The notes under the pieces: model-generated
The model's database searches: none
What the model was told of the DNA's origin: nothing
Seen by the model: the letters and a program-made list of their open reading frames with translations, nothing else
Origin: Oceanospirillales bacterium
GTDB taxonomy: Bacteria > Pseudomonadota > Gammaproteobacteria > Xanthomonadales > SZUA-38
Length of the DNA stretch: 50,840 nt
Direction of reading: 5' to 3'
Assembly (NCBI GenBank): GCA_003233095.1
Contig: QIKT01000180.1
Span: 1 to 50,840 of the forward strand
Shown here: positions 34,521 through 44,146 of the stretch, one piece after another
Position numbering within the stretch: position 1 is the stretch's first letter
How the letters are laid out: every line of letters starts with the position of its first letter
Position numbers and translations under genes: made by a program

Positions 34521-35180
34521 ATGGCTATGAATTTCGAGCAGGCACGATCAAATATGGTAAGTCAGCAGGTGCGAACCTGGGATGTGCTCGACAGTGACGT
34601 TCTCGATGTTCTGCGTGAATTGCCACGTGAAGAATTCGTCCCTCAGAAGTATCGACAGCTAGCGTACTCCGACAGCATGATACCGCTGGATCAGGGACAG
34701 GCTATGCTCAAGCCGGTGGTCGAAGGACGATTGCTTCAGGGGCTGGATCTGAAACCGACCGATGATGTCCTCGAAATTGGCACAGGCAGTGGATATTTCA
34801 CAGCTTGTCTGGCGTCTTTGTGCCGTCGGGTGACCTCAGTCGAGAGGTATGCTGACCTGCTGAAATCGGCTCAGGGCAGATTGGACGATCTCGATTTTAG
34901 CTCGGTCGAACTGATTGAAGCTGATGCGCTGTCTGGCTGGTCCGCGACGTCCAGATACGATGTCATTGTGCTCACTGGTGCGGTCCATGCCCTACCTGAT
35001 CGGATGGCCAATTGGCTCAAGCCAGGAGGGCGAGTTTGCGCGATAGTCGGCGATTCGCCCAACATGCATGCCATGATTGCGACTGCTCAGGGAAAGTCCC
35101 TGATTCGTTCACAATCAATGTTCGAAACCGATATTCCCTATCTGATTGGCGGTGAGCCGCCAGTCCGTTTCAAGTTCTGA
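34521..35180 (+). CDS. protein-L-isoaspartate O-methyltransferase-family protein
   Basis: 219 aa with SAM-binding motif VLEIGTGSGYFTACLA. Lies directly upstream of tolC, a common arrangement. Confidence 0.8.
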   Translation: MAMNFEQARSNMVSQQVRTWDVLDSDVLDVLRELPREEFVPQKYRQLAYSDSMIPLDQGQAMLKPVVEGRLLQGLDLKPTDDVLEIGTGSGYFTACLASLCRRVTSVERYADLLKSAQGRLDDLDFSSVELIEADALSGWSATSRYDVIVLTGAVHALPDRMANWLKPGGRVCAIVGDSPNMHAMIATAQGKSLIRSQSMFETDIPYLIGGEPPVRFKF

Positions 35181-35192
35181 CAAGGTGACTCT

Positions 35193-36518
35193 GTGATTAA
35201 CCGAAACCATACGCTCATGCTGGCCATCGTGGTCGCCACGTCCTTCTCATCCGTGAAGGCAGAAGATCTGATTGATATTTATCAGCTCGCAATACAAAAC
35301 GACCCGCTGCTCAGTCAGGAAGAATCTCGCTTCAACAGCGTCTCCGAGACACAGCGGCAAGTTCTGGCTAATTTGCTGCCCTCGATCAGCGCAAGCGCCA
35401 GCTATACGGATTCTTCCGGTAATTCGACGACTGGAGATGGCAGTCAGTTTGCTTCCGATACCCAGACCGAGTCGATTCGAGTGACGCTGGATCAGACGAT
35501 CTATGACCACTCTGACTACACTCGCCTGGACTCAGCCAAGTCGAGCTCGCTGCAGGCTGAAGCCAATCTGGTTGCTGCGCGTCAGGATCTGATAATTCGG
35601 GTGGCTGAACGCTACCTTGCAGTCTTGACCAATGAAGACGCCTTCCGCTTCTCCGAGGCAGAATTGAAAGCCAATCAGAGGCAACTGGAACAGGCCGAAC
35701 AGCGTTATGAAGTGGGCCTGACTGCGATCACCGATGTGCACGAAGCGCGCGCGTCATTCGATCGTTCGAGAGCCAATCTGATCGTGGCACAGAACACGCT
35801 CGATGATTCCTTCGAGGCACTCAGTGAGATTACTGCGCAATACATCGATAACCTCGATCCACTTCAGGAAGAGGTGCTCTTTACGCCACCGGTGCCGGCA
35901 GACCCGAATGCCTGGGTTCAACAGGCTCTGAGCGAGAATCCGTCGGTACAGGCCCGCAAGTATGCGGTGGATGCGCAGTTCTACACTATTCGTACCCAAC
36001 GGGCCGGACACCTGCCATCGATCGTTGCCAATGCGTCTTATTCCGATCGTACCAATGATGGCGACCTCGGTCCCTTTGCCACCACCAATGCCGATGACAT
36101 CTCCTTTGGCTTCACGGTCAGCATTCCGATCTACGCAGGTGGATCAGTCAGTTCGCAAACTCGTCAGGCCCGCTATGATCACGAAGTGGCCATGCAACGA
36201 CTGGAGCAGGAACAGCGGACCGTCACCCGCTCAACCCGAAACAACTATCGTTCGGTGATCGCTGGTATCAGTCAGGTGGAGGCATTCAGTCAGAGTGTGG
36301 TGTCTGCCACCAGCGCGCTGGAGGCCACAGAAGCAGGTTTTGAAGTGGGCACACGAACCATTGTCGATGTGCTGCAGTCACAGCAGCTGCTGTTTCAGGC
36401 ACAGCGTGATTACTCCAGGGCGCGTCATGACTTGCTGCTGGACGAGTTGCGCCTGGAAGCCTCTGCCGGTCAAATTGATGAGGAAGATCTGAAGAAGATC
36501 AACATGATGCTTCGCTGA
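35193..36518 (+). CDS. tolC: TolC-family outer-membrane channel
   Basis: 441 aa with a GTG start and a signal peptide. DLIDIYQLAIQNDPLL...two repeated halves with the long helical pattern typical of TolC. Confidence 0.9.
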   Translation: MINRNHTLMLAIVVATSFSSVKAEDLIDIYQLAIQNDPLLSQEESRFNSVSETQRQVLANLLPSISASASYTDSSGNSTTGDGSQFASDTQTESIRVTLDQTIYDHSDYTRLDSAKSSSLQAEANLVAARQDLIIRVAERYLAVLTNEDAFRFSEAELKANQRQLEQAEQRYEVGLTAITDVHEARASFDRSRANLIVAQNTLDDSFEALSEITAQYIDNLDPLQEEVLFTPPVPADPNAWVQQALSENPSVQARKYAVDAQFYTIRTQRAGHLPSIVANASYSDRTNDGDLGPFATTNADDISFGFTVSIPIYAGGSVSSQTRQARYDHEVAMQRLEQEQRTVTRSTRNNYRSVIAGISQVEAFSQSVVSATSALEATEAGFEVGTRTIVDVLQSQQLLFQAQRDYSRARHDLLLDELRLEASAGQIDEEDLKKINMMLR

Positions 36519-36552
36519 TCGTCGTCTACTGCCTCTCGCAGCCTGATTCAGT

Positions 36553-37839
36553 TCAGGAAGGGGGGCAGTGTATTGAATCGTTCATGGCTGTCTTCACCAG
36601 TTCGATCGTCCGTTCCAGTGCCCCTCGATTTTCCTCTACCAATGCTATTGCGTTGCGCCCCATCTGTTTTCGCAGCGTCACGTCATTGCGCAGACGAATC
36701 AGCGCATCACACAATTGATCGGCGTCATGAACCAGATGCGCACCCTGCTTTTGCAGCAGCAAAGAGGTGATTTCTGCAAAGTTGAAGGTATGCGGGCCAA
36801 CCACGACCGGAATCCCCAAAGTGGCTGGTTCGAGAACATTATGGCCACCGATCTGGGCCAGTGAGCCTCCGATGAATGCGATATCCGATCCGGCATAGAA
36901 ATTGAGCAGTTCACCCAGCGTATCGACGACGAAAATCTGTGTGTCTGCTTTGACCTGGTCCCCGGTTGAACGTTGCGCCACACGATAGCCCATTGATCGA
37001 CATCTGACGATGACACGACTGAAGCGCTCGGGGTGCCGGGGTGCAATAATCAACAGCATGTCTGGGTCAGCCTTCAGCAATCGAGGGAAGGCTTCAAGCA
37101 ACGGAGTCTCGTCGTCCTCGTGGGTGCTGGCTGCAATGACGACGAATCGATCGGTGCCCCATTGCTCCCTGAACCGGATGCCTGCTTTGCGTATGTCATC
37201 GGAAATCCTCAGGTCGAATTTCAGGCTGCCGACCAGATGCAGCAATTCAGGCTTGCCCCCGAGTCTGATCAAGCGTCGATAATCGGTGTCGGTTTGTGCC
37301 GCAATGCTGTGCGTGCTGTTCAAAGCCATGGCCACCATCTCACGTCCGGGACGATAGCCTTTCAGTGATTTTTCCGACAGGCGCGCGTTGGCAACGATGA
37401 TCGGAATGTTGTGGTCACTGCACTTGAAGAACAGGTTTGGCCAGATCTCCGTTTCCATGACCACGCCAACGCATGGGTTGACTCGTTTGAGAAAGCGGTT
37501 GACCGCAGACGGCAGGTCATAGGGAAGGTAGACATGAAAGACGCTGTCACCGAGCTCCTTGATTACCTGGGCGGAGCCGGTAGGGGTAATCGTCGTCACG
37601 ACAAAGGGTCGGGATGGAAACTGCAGCAGCAAGGCTCGAATCAGTGGCAGTGCTGCGTTGAATTCACCGAGTGAGACGGCATGTATCCAGATGGAACCGG
37701 ACAGCGGCGGTGCTTTGAAAAATCCGAATCGTTCTTTCCAGCGACTGAAATATGCCGGTGCACGAATTCCTCTGAGAGAAAGACGAAGCAGGATGACCGG
37801 CGTGAGCAGATACATCAACACTGTATAGAAGTGGCGCAT
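36553..37839 (-). CDS. waaA: 3-deoxy-D-manno-octulosonic acid (Kdo) transferase
   Basis: Start at MRHFYTVLMYLLTPV (37839). WIHAVSLGEFNAALPLIRAL...ETEIWPNL. The first 54 codons of the track ORF are an upstream extension. Confidence 0.9.
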   Translation of the reverse strand: MRHFYTVLMYLLTPVILLRLSLRGIRAPAYFSRWKERFGFFKAPPLSGSIWIHAVSLGEFNAALPLIRALLLQFPSRPFVVTTITPTGSAQVIKELGDSVFHVYLPYDLPSAVNRFLKRVNPCVGVVMETEIWPNLFFKCSDHNIPIIVANARLSEKSLKGYRPGREMVAMALNSTHSIAAQTDTDYRRLIRLGGKPELLHLVGSLKFDLRISDDIRKAGIRFREQWGTDRFVVIAASTHEDDETPLLEAFPRLLKADPDMLLIIAPRHPERFSRVIVRCRSMGYRVAQRSTGDQVKADTQIFVVDTLGELLNFYAGSDIAFIGGSLAQIGGHNVLEPATLGIPVVVGPHTFNFAEITSLLLQKQGAHLVHDADQLCDALIRLRNDVTLRKQMGRNAIALVEENRGALERTIELVKTAMNDSIHCPPS

Positions 37840-37980
37840 GAGCACGAGATTCCTGCAGGGTGGAGTTCGGATCAGCCAGCTGGCCGGTCTACACGGCCGG
37901 ATTATACTATCACTGGAGTGCTCCTTCTCGGTAGAATGCTCCGGTGATACGTTGCCAATTCCATCCATAGGCCTGATGGC

Positions 37981-38904
37981 ATGCTGAGCCTGCTCAAACA
38001 TCCCCGAGACTGGCCCATGTTGCTGGGCATGAGTCTTCTCAGGCTCATCTGCCTGTTACCCTACCGCTGGCTGATGGCGTTGGGTCGCACACTGGGGCGT
38101 CTGCTTTATCATGGGCTGGCCAGTCGACGAGGTGTCGCTGCCATCAACCTTGAGTTGACCCATCCACATCTGACTGACAAGGCTCGCAGCGGCCTGCTTC
38201 GTGCCTCGTTCCAGTCTCTTGGCTGCATGGTGTTTGAAGCCGGCCTGGCCTGGTGGTCTTCGAATCGTCGGATCGCAGGACTCTCGGAGGTGCTTGGCCA
38301 GGATCAATTGTTGTCACTGCTGGGTGAGGGGCAAGGTGTATTGCTCGTTTCAGCCCATTTCACGACTCTGGAGATCGGTACCAGAATTCTGTGTGACGCC
38401 ATACCCGGTCAGATTGCCGGTTTGTATCGCAAACACGGCAGCGCTGCACTGGACACAGTGGTGCGAGGTTCACGTCTGCGCTATGCGGCCAATCTGTTCA
38501 ACCGCCTCCAGACGAGGCAGGCGGTCAGGCATATGCGTCAGGGCCATGCACTATGGTATGCAGCGGATCAGGACTATGGTCGCGGAGACAGTATTTTTGT
38601 GCCTTTTCTGGGGGTCACAGCCTCAACGATTACCTCGACGCACCACCTGGCAAGGATGGGCAATGCCCGCGTCATCATGGTCTCTCAGCAGCGACTGCCT
38701 GAGGGTCGAGGCTATCGGCTGGTGTTTTCCAGACCACTGGATGGCATCCCGTCAGACGACATTCAAGCGGACACTCTGCGCATCAATCAGCAGCTGGATC
38801 AGATGGTGTTCGCCAATCCTGAGCAATATCTGTGGATTCATCGACGGTTCAAGACACGCCCCGAGGGGCATGAGTCTCTGTACAGACGCCCTGGGAACCT
38901 CTGA
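37981..38904 (+). CDS. lpxL: lipid A biosynthesis lauroyl (late) acyltransferase
   Basis: MLSLLKHPRDWPMLLGMSLLRLICLLPYRWLMALGRTLG...VSAHFTTLEI (HX4E/D-type motif). 307 aa. Confidence 0.85.
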   Translation: MLSLLKHPRDWPMLLGMSLLRLICLLPYRWLMALGRTLGRLLYHGLASRRGVAAINLELTHPHLTDKARSGLLRASFQSLGCMVFEAGLAWWSSNRRIAGLSEVLGQDQLLSLLGEGQGVLLVSAHFTTLEIGTRILCDAIPGQIAGLYRKHGSAALDTVVRGSRLRYAANLFNRLQTRQAVRHMRQGHALWYAADQDYGRGDSIFVPFLGVTASTITSTHHLARMGNARVIMVSQQRLPEGRGYRLVFSRPLDGIPSDDIQADTLRINQQLDQMVFANPEQYLWIHRRFKTRPEGHESLYRRPGNL

Positions 38905-39051
38905 ACAAGTCTTAAGCGGATTGGCTTGAGATGGCAAATGGGTCCAATCAAGGCGCATGGACTGAATCATAGTGGTGCTATGGCTCAGTTCATGCAACGC
39001 AGAGTGGGCGGATTTGACGCTCAAGACAGTCGGTCACGACTTGTTCAGGGG
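38898..39051 (-). repeat. type-1 intergenic repeat, inverted copy
   Basis: Ends are CCTCTGAACAAGTC and GACTTGTTCAGGGG. It fills the whole gap between the convergent lpxL (whose stop TGA lies inside the left TIR) and radC. Confidence 0.85.
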
Positions 39052-39054
39052 CTC

Positions 39055-39729
39055 CTAGAGCAAACCCTGTTCGGCAAATGACACCACACCCAAAGAGCCA
39101 ATGACCAGGTGATCGAGCAGCGGGATGTCAATCAGAGCCAATGCATGCTTGATCTTGACCGTGATGTGTTGATCAGCGTGAGATGGTTCGGCAACTCCAG
39201 ACGGGTGATTGTGGGCGATGATCAAGGCCGCGGCATTCAGCTGCAGGCAACGTTGTACAATGACACGTGGGTAGACTGAGGCTCCATCAATCGTGCCATG
39301 GAACAGAATCTCGCAGCGCAGTACCTGATGGCGAGCATCGAGGAACATGCAGGCGAAGCATTCGTTGGGGCGATCCTGTATCCACAGTCTGAAAAACTCT
39401 CGGGTGGCCTCTGGGCTGTCCATGACCGGGAGTTCAGCAAGCTCTGCGCTGATCGAGCGCCGAGACAACTCACGGGCGGCCATCATCTGACTGAATTTTG
39501 CCGGACCGATCCCTGATAAGCACTCGAAGGCGGTGTACTCGGCATTCAGCAATCGGTTGAGACTGCCAAAATGATCGAGCAGAGTGCGAGCCAGATCGAC
39601 GGCTGAGCAGCCGGCATGGCCGGTTCTCAGAAACAATGCCAACAGCTCACAGTCGGTCAGTGCTTCTGCACCAAATGTCAATAATTTCTCACGAGGCCGT
39701 TCTGAACTCGGCCATTGATGGATTGCCAT
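39055..39729 (-). CDS. radC: RadC-family (JAB/MPN domain) protein
   Basis: [37 protein letters not shown]...AHNHPSG. Confidence 0.9.
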   Translation of the reverse strand: MAIHQWPSSERPREKLLTFGAEALTDCELLALFLRTGHAGCSAVDLARTLLDHFGSLNRLLNAEYTAFECLSGIGPAKFSQMMAARELSRRSISAELAELPVMDSPEATREFFRLWIQDRPNECFACMFLDARHQVLRCEILFHGTIDGASVYPRVIVQRCLQLNAAALIIAHNHPSGVAEPSHADQHITVKIKHALALIDIPLLDHLVIGSLGVVSFAEQGLL

Positions 39730-39865
39730 GCTAAAATCCTTTTCGGCAGGAATAATGAGTCTAACAAGTCGATGCGGCGTAGCCTGTAATCCAGAACCTT
39801 ATTTCATGTCAGAGTTTGCTGACATTGTGGCTGTTTTTGTCAAAAAAACGCAGGGGAGTGCGAGT

Positions 39866-40327
39866 TTGAATACACAACGGATCAAATTGAGATCTCTGGA
39901 TCCTCGCTTGGGAGAATCCATTCCGTTTCCAGAGTACGAGACGGCTGGTTCGGCAGGTCTGGATTTGCGCGCGTGCCTGGATCATCCACTCTGTGTCGAG
40001 CCCGGTGAAACTGTTCTGATCGATTCGGGGCTTGCCATTCACATTGAAAACCCAGGCCTTGCAGCCGTCATCATTCCTCGTTCGGGACTGGGCCACAAGC
40101 ATGGCCTGGTAATGGGCAACCTGATCGGTCTGATCGACTCGGATTATCAAGGGCCTTTGAAAATATCTTGCTGGAACCGTAGCCAGACGCCGTACACGAT
40201 CGAACCTGCCGAGCGAATTGCCCAGCTGGTGTTCGTGCCTGTTGTGACCGTTGAATTCGAGCGGGTTGAGCATTTTCAAGCAAGTGATCGTGGAGCCGGT
40301 GGGTTTGGACACACCGGCCGCGATTAG
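39866..40327 (+). CDS. dut: dUTP diphosphatase
   Basis: Proposed TTG at 39866 with AGGGGAG upstream gives 153 aa. [31 protein letters not shown]...GLIDSDYQG...[10 protein letters not shown]. An alternative ATG lies at 39806. Confidence 0.85.
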   Translation: MNTQRIKLRSLDPRLGESIPFPEYETAGSAGLDLRACLDHPLCVEPGETVLIDSGLAIHIENPGLAAVIIPRSGLGHKHGLVMGNLIGLIDSDYQGPLKISCWNRSQTPYTIEPAERIAQLVFVPVVTVEFERVEHFQASDRGAGGFGHTGRD

Positions 40328-40339
40328 GGTAGCCAAGCC

Positions 40340-42700
40340 ATGTCAGACATCTTGAACGAACGAGCCACCAAGAAAATATTGCTGCCAGGCCTTGATCTGG
40401 TTCGCCTGCGCAACATGGCCCTGATGATTGTGGGCGGTGTGATTCTGCTGTACTTCGCTTATCAGGTGGCTGTGGGCACTCTGAACAGCCGGGCAACCAG
40501 CAGCGGCGCCAGTTCGGTGATCAGTGTCGTCAATGCCTTGAATGAAAAATTTGATGCCTTCCGCGCGTCCGTCGACGCGCTGAATGCCAACCCCAGTGTG
40601 CATGTAGCCATAGAATCCTCACCGACCAAAGCAGCCGCCGAAAGTCGCATCAATACGCTGCTGGGTGGTGAAGCACGTGCCGTGCTCTATCTGCTGGATG
40701 TCGAATTCGTCGACCCTGAACCCTGGCCGGGACCAGACTATTCCTCCATTGCGTTGCTGTTGGAGGCAAAATCTCAGGAACAGACCTCGTCGATGGGAGT
40801 GATTCATCTGAACTCCCCCGATGCCGGAGTTGCCTGGGCCACAGTGGTGAAGAATCCTGCAGAAGAGCGCCTCACAGCACTGCTCATTGTCAGTTATCCA
40901 TTCAGCACAGTGACCGAGTATCTGGATGAGCGCATGTCATTCAGCAGTTATTACGATTTGCGAATGAATCAGCGATATCGCAAGGGCGTGGTCTATTTCA
41001 AAGGGAGTCCGAACGAGATTTTTCCCGATGATCTGAAACAGACAGAGATCAAGAACCACAACGTCTCTGTGACTTATCTGGTCTCACCGTATCTGTTTTC
41101 AAATGGCAAAGCCTGGTGGATGAACGTGTTCGGCTTGCTGATCGGGATGGGCATGTTGCTGACTGGGCAAAAGCTGGAGAAAAAAATCGAGGATGCCGAG
41201 CTGACTCTGAATGATGTCATGAGCCAAAAGAAGGGCGACTCTGAACAGCCGGATCACGAGCTTGAAGACGCGCTGGGATTTGTCGAGGATGACATCAAGG
41301 GCGCTGCTGGTTCAGCGGCGGATGACATAGTGATGGATGAGTCGATTTTTCGGGCCTATGATATTCGTGGCGTTATCGGGAAAACTTTGACCGCCTCAGG
41401 CGCTGTGATGATCGGTAAGGCCATTGGCTCCGAAGCAATCGATGAGCAGATTTCGGAACTAGTCGTTGGCCGAGATGGCCGATTGTCGAGCCCCGAGTTT
41501 TCTCACAAACTGATCGAAGGTCTGCAATCAACGGGCGTCAACGTCATAGACGTTGGTGATGTCACTACCGGCATGATGTATTTTGCCACCCAGCATTTGA
41601 AGACTGGCTCAGGCGTCATGGTGACTGGATCGCACAATCCGGCTGATTACAACGGCTTCAAGATCATGCTCAACGGTTTGCCTGTGGCCGGAGAACGTAT
41701 CAAGCATCTGCTCGCTCGCATCAACAATCGAGATTTTCACCAGGGCAACGGCGGTTTGCAGGATGTCGATATCAGCGAAGACTACATCGAGGAGATCGCA
41801 TCGGATGTGCTGGTTGAGGATCACCTCAAAGTGGTCATTGATTGCGGCAACGGAATTGCCGGAAAATACGCGCCTAGACTGCTTGAGGAAATTGGCTGTG
41901 AAGTTGAGGCGCTGTACTGTGAAGTGGACGGCGAATTTCCCAATCATCACCCGGATCCCAGTGATCCGGAAAATCTCAAAGATCTGATTCTGGCGGTCAA
42001 GAACACTGGCGCTGATCTGGGTCTGGCAATGGACGGTGACGGTGACCGACTTGGTGTGATCACCAGTGAAGGAGTCAATATCTACGCAGATCGAATTCTG
42101 ATGCTGTTTGCCAAAGACGTCTTGTCACGAAATCCGGGTGCCGCCATCATCTATGATGTCAAATGCACTGGGGAATTGTCCAAGGTGATCTTGCAGCACG
42201 GTGGCAGTCCTGTCATGTGGAAGACGGGACATTCGTTCATCAAGCAAAAGATGAAAGAGATCAATGCTGAGCTGGCTGGCGAAATGAGTGGTCACTTCTT
42301 CTTCAAGGAGCGCTGGTATGGATTTGATGATGCGATCTATGCCGCTGCACGATTGGTTGAAATTCTGGCGGCCCAGCCAGACGGCGCGACAGAGACACTC
42401 AAGGCGCTGCCGGATTCAGTCAGTACCCCGGAGCTCAAGGTTGAGATGGAAGAGGGTGCCCACTATGAATTCATGGATCGATTTGTCAAGGTGGCTTCGT
42501 TCGATGGTGCCCGCATCACGACCATTGATGGGGTTCGAGCTGATTTTGAAGATGGCTGGGGGCTGGCGCGTTGTTCCAATACAACGCCATGCCTGGTGCT
42601 GCGATTCGATGCCATCAACGAATCGGCCCTGGAGAGAATTTCAGAACTCTTCAGGGCGCAGCTTCTGGCAGTCGACAGCAGCCTGTCGTTACCCTTCTGA
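40340..42700 (+). CDS. algC: phosphomannomutase/phosphoglucomutase with a long membrane-anchored N-terminal extension
   Basis: The catalytic part from codon ~336 (IFRAYDIRGV...VTGSHNPADYNGFKIM...DGDGDR) is collinear with AlgC. Codons 1-331 encode two predicted TM helices flanking a roughly 210-aa domain. An in-frame ATG at 41333 would give a canonical 455-aa enzyme. Confidence 0.85.
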   Translation: MSDILNERATKKILLPGLDLVRLRNMALMIVGGVILLYFAYQVAVGTLNSRATSSGASSVISVVNALNEKFDAFRASVDALNANPSVHVAIESSPTKAAAESRINTLLGGEARAVLYLLDVEFVDPEPWPGPDYSSIALLLEAKSQEQTSSMGVIHLNSPDAGVAWATVVKNPAEERLTALLIVSYPFSTVTEYLDERMSFSSYYDLRMNQRYRKGVVYFKGSPNEIFPDDLKQTEIKNHNVSVTYLVSPYLFSNGKAWWMNVFGLLIGMGMLLTGQKLEKKIEDAELTLNDVMSQKKGDSEQPDHELEDALGFVEDDIKGAAGSAADDIVMDESIFRAYDIRGVIGKTLTASGAVMIGKAIGSEAIDEQISELVVGRDGRLSSPEFSHKLIEGLQSTGVNVIDVGDVTTGMMYFATQHLKTGSGVMVTGSHNPADYNGFKIMLNGLPVAGERIKHLLARINNRDFHQGNGGLQDVDISEDYIEEIASDVLVEDHLKVVIDCGNGIAGKYAPRLLEEIGCEVEALYCEVDGEFPNHHPDPSDPENLKDLILAVKNTGADLGLAMDGDGDRLGVITSEGVNIYADRILMLFAKDVLSRNPGAAIIYDVKCTGELSKVILQHGGSPVMWKTGHSFIKQKMKEINAELAGEMSGHFFFKERWYGFDDAIYAAARLVEILAAQPDGATETLKALPDSVSTPELKVEMEEGAHYEFMDRFVKVASFDGARITTIDGVRADFEDGWGLARCSNTTPCLVLRFDAINESALERISELFRAQLLAVDSSLSLPF

Positions 42701-43333
42701 CAGGGCAGGAGTGCTGCGCTGGGTCATGATGCGAACGTACTCACTGTGCTCCTGTTCGTACTTGTTCTTGATCTGGATGTATTCGGACTGCTTTCGTTCG
42801 ATGAAGGCCTTCAGCTCCATGATTTCTTCTCGTGTTCTGCTGATGGCCAGCGTCGTGTTTCCACTGATCGCCTCACTGTTACGTTCCTGGGTGGCGACTC
42901 GATCCATCAGCTTTGAGAGGCTGATGCTCTTGCTGGACAGGTAGTCCTTAGAGGAGATGATGGATTTCTTGATCGGTTCGATCTTTTCATCGCGGACCTG
43001 AATGATGTGGTCTGCACTGGCATACGAATCGAGCAACTTCTTCTCAGTCGTCAGACGGTCCTCCTGCTCTTGGCGCACTAGATCAAGTGCAGCCTGCTTC
43101 TCACTATCGATACGCAGCTCTTCGTCGGTCCTGGCGCGTTCAACCTCGTTTATCTTGACGCCTTGTGCGTTCATTTCTTCACGGCCCTCATCCACCTGTT
43201 CAGGGGGAACCTGGTCGCTGAACGTGACATTGCCGTCTTTATCGACGTATTTATAGAGTTTTTGTGCTGATGCGCTGCCCATTGTTGCCATGAGGCCGAG
43301 CAGCATACAGGCTGAGATAATGCGGTGTTTCAT
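42689..43333 (-). CDS. DUF4124 domain protein with a coiled-coil tail
   Basis: Start at MKHRII (43333) with a signal peptide. KLYKYVDKDGNVTFSDQVP is the DUF4124 signature. 12-nt convergent overlap with the algC end. Confidence 0.7.
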   Translation of the reverse strand: MKHRIISACMLLGLMATMGSASAQKLYKYVDKDGNVTFSDQVPPEQVDEGREEMNAQGVKINEVERARTDEELRIDSEKQAALDLVRQEQEDRLTTEKKLLDSYASADHIIQVRDEKIEPIKKSIISSKDYLSSKSISLSKLMDRVATQERNSEAISGNTTLAISRTREEIMELKAFIERKQSEYIQIKNKYEQEHSEYVRIMTQRSTPALSEG

Positions 43334-43427
43334 GATGGAATCTCTCTGTGACAAATTATTTCCAGGCAACAATCATAGCCTTTGCTGCCTGAATTTTCAC
43401 TGAACAGCAGGACTTGGACTCAACCGA

Positions 43428-44078
43428 TCAACCGCCATATCGTTTGCGATACGCTGAAATGGACGCTGCCTGAGCCCGTATTTTCTGGTTATCTGATGCC
43501 TCGACAAAGGCGATCAGCTGATTCAGCCCGCAAATCGACACGACGTTCATGCCATGATCGACCTCTATTTCCTGTCTCGCCGTTCTCTGATCAGTGCCTT
43601 GTTCTTCGCGATCCAGCGCGACCGCTACGCAGGCAGGGGACGCACCATGATCTCGAATCACCTGGATTGACTCACGAATGGATGTGCCCGCTGAGATGAC
43701 GTCGTCGACGATCAGGACGCGCCCTTCCAGTTTGGCACCAATCAACTGCCCACCCTCGCCATGATCCTTGGCTTCCTTGCGATTGAAGCAGACCGGTACA
43801 TCGCGGTCATGGTCAATGGCCATGGCTATGGAAATCGCGGTGGCCAGTGGAATGCCCTTGTAAGCGGGGCCATACAGCAGATTAAAATCCAGTGCTTCGT
43901 TGACGATGGTCTGAGCATACAACTGACCCAGCTTTAGCAGTTGCCGACCTGTATTGAACAGGCCTGCATTGAAAAAATAGGGGCTTTGCCGGCCCGACTT
44001 GAGTGTGAAGTCGCCAAACTTGAGAACTCGACTCTCGAGAGCCAACGCGATAAATTCTCGTTGCAGATCTGTCAGCAT
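43428..44078 (-). CDS. pyrE: orotate phosphoribosyltransferase
   Basis: PRPP-binding motif VLIVDDVISAGTSIRES. 216 aa, collinear with PyrE. Confidence 0.95.
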   Translation of the reverse strand: MLTDLQREFIALALESRVLKFGDFTLKSGRQSPYFFNAGLFNTGRQLLKLGQLYAQTIVNEALDFNLLYGPAYKGIPLATAISIAMAIDHDRDVPVCFNRKEAKDHGEGGQLIGAKLEGRVLIVDDVISAGTSIRESIQVIRDHGASPACVAVALDREEQGTDQRTARQEIEVDHGMNVVSICGLNQLIAFVEASDNQKIRAQAASISAYRKRYGG

Positions 44079-44106
44079 GGTGATGTCCTGAGTTCAGATA
44101 ATAAAG

Positions 44107-44122
44107 GGGCGCTGATGCGCCC
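44107..44122 (-). terminator. possible terminator of the flotillin operon
   Basis: GGGCGC, loop tgat, GCGCCC, about 25 nt after the flotillin stop. It is followed on the minus strand by a weak CTTTAT tract. Confidence 0.4.
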
Positions 44123-44146
44123 GCGAGATTATAGCCGTTCTATCGA

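Noticed and set aside
38201-38929. 242-aa alternative-frame ORF inside lpxL
   Set aside because: Frame-shifted shadow of lpxL. It is Cys/Arg/Trp-rich and has no motifs.
38752-39024. 90-aa minus-strand ORF
   Set aside because: It is composed of the type-1 repeat plus the antisense of the lpxL 3' end. It is a repeat-derived artefact.
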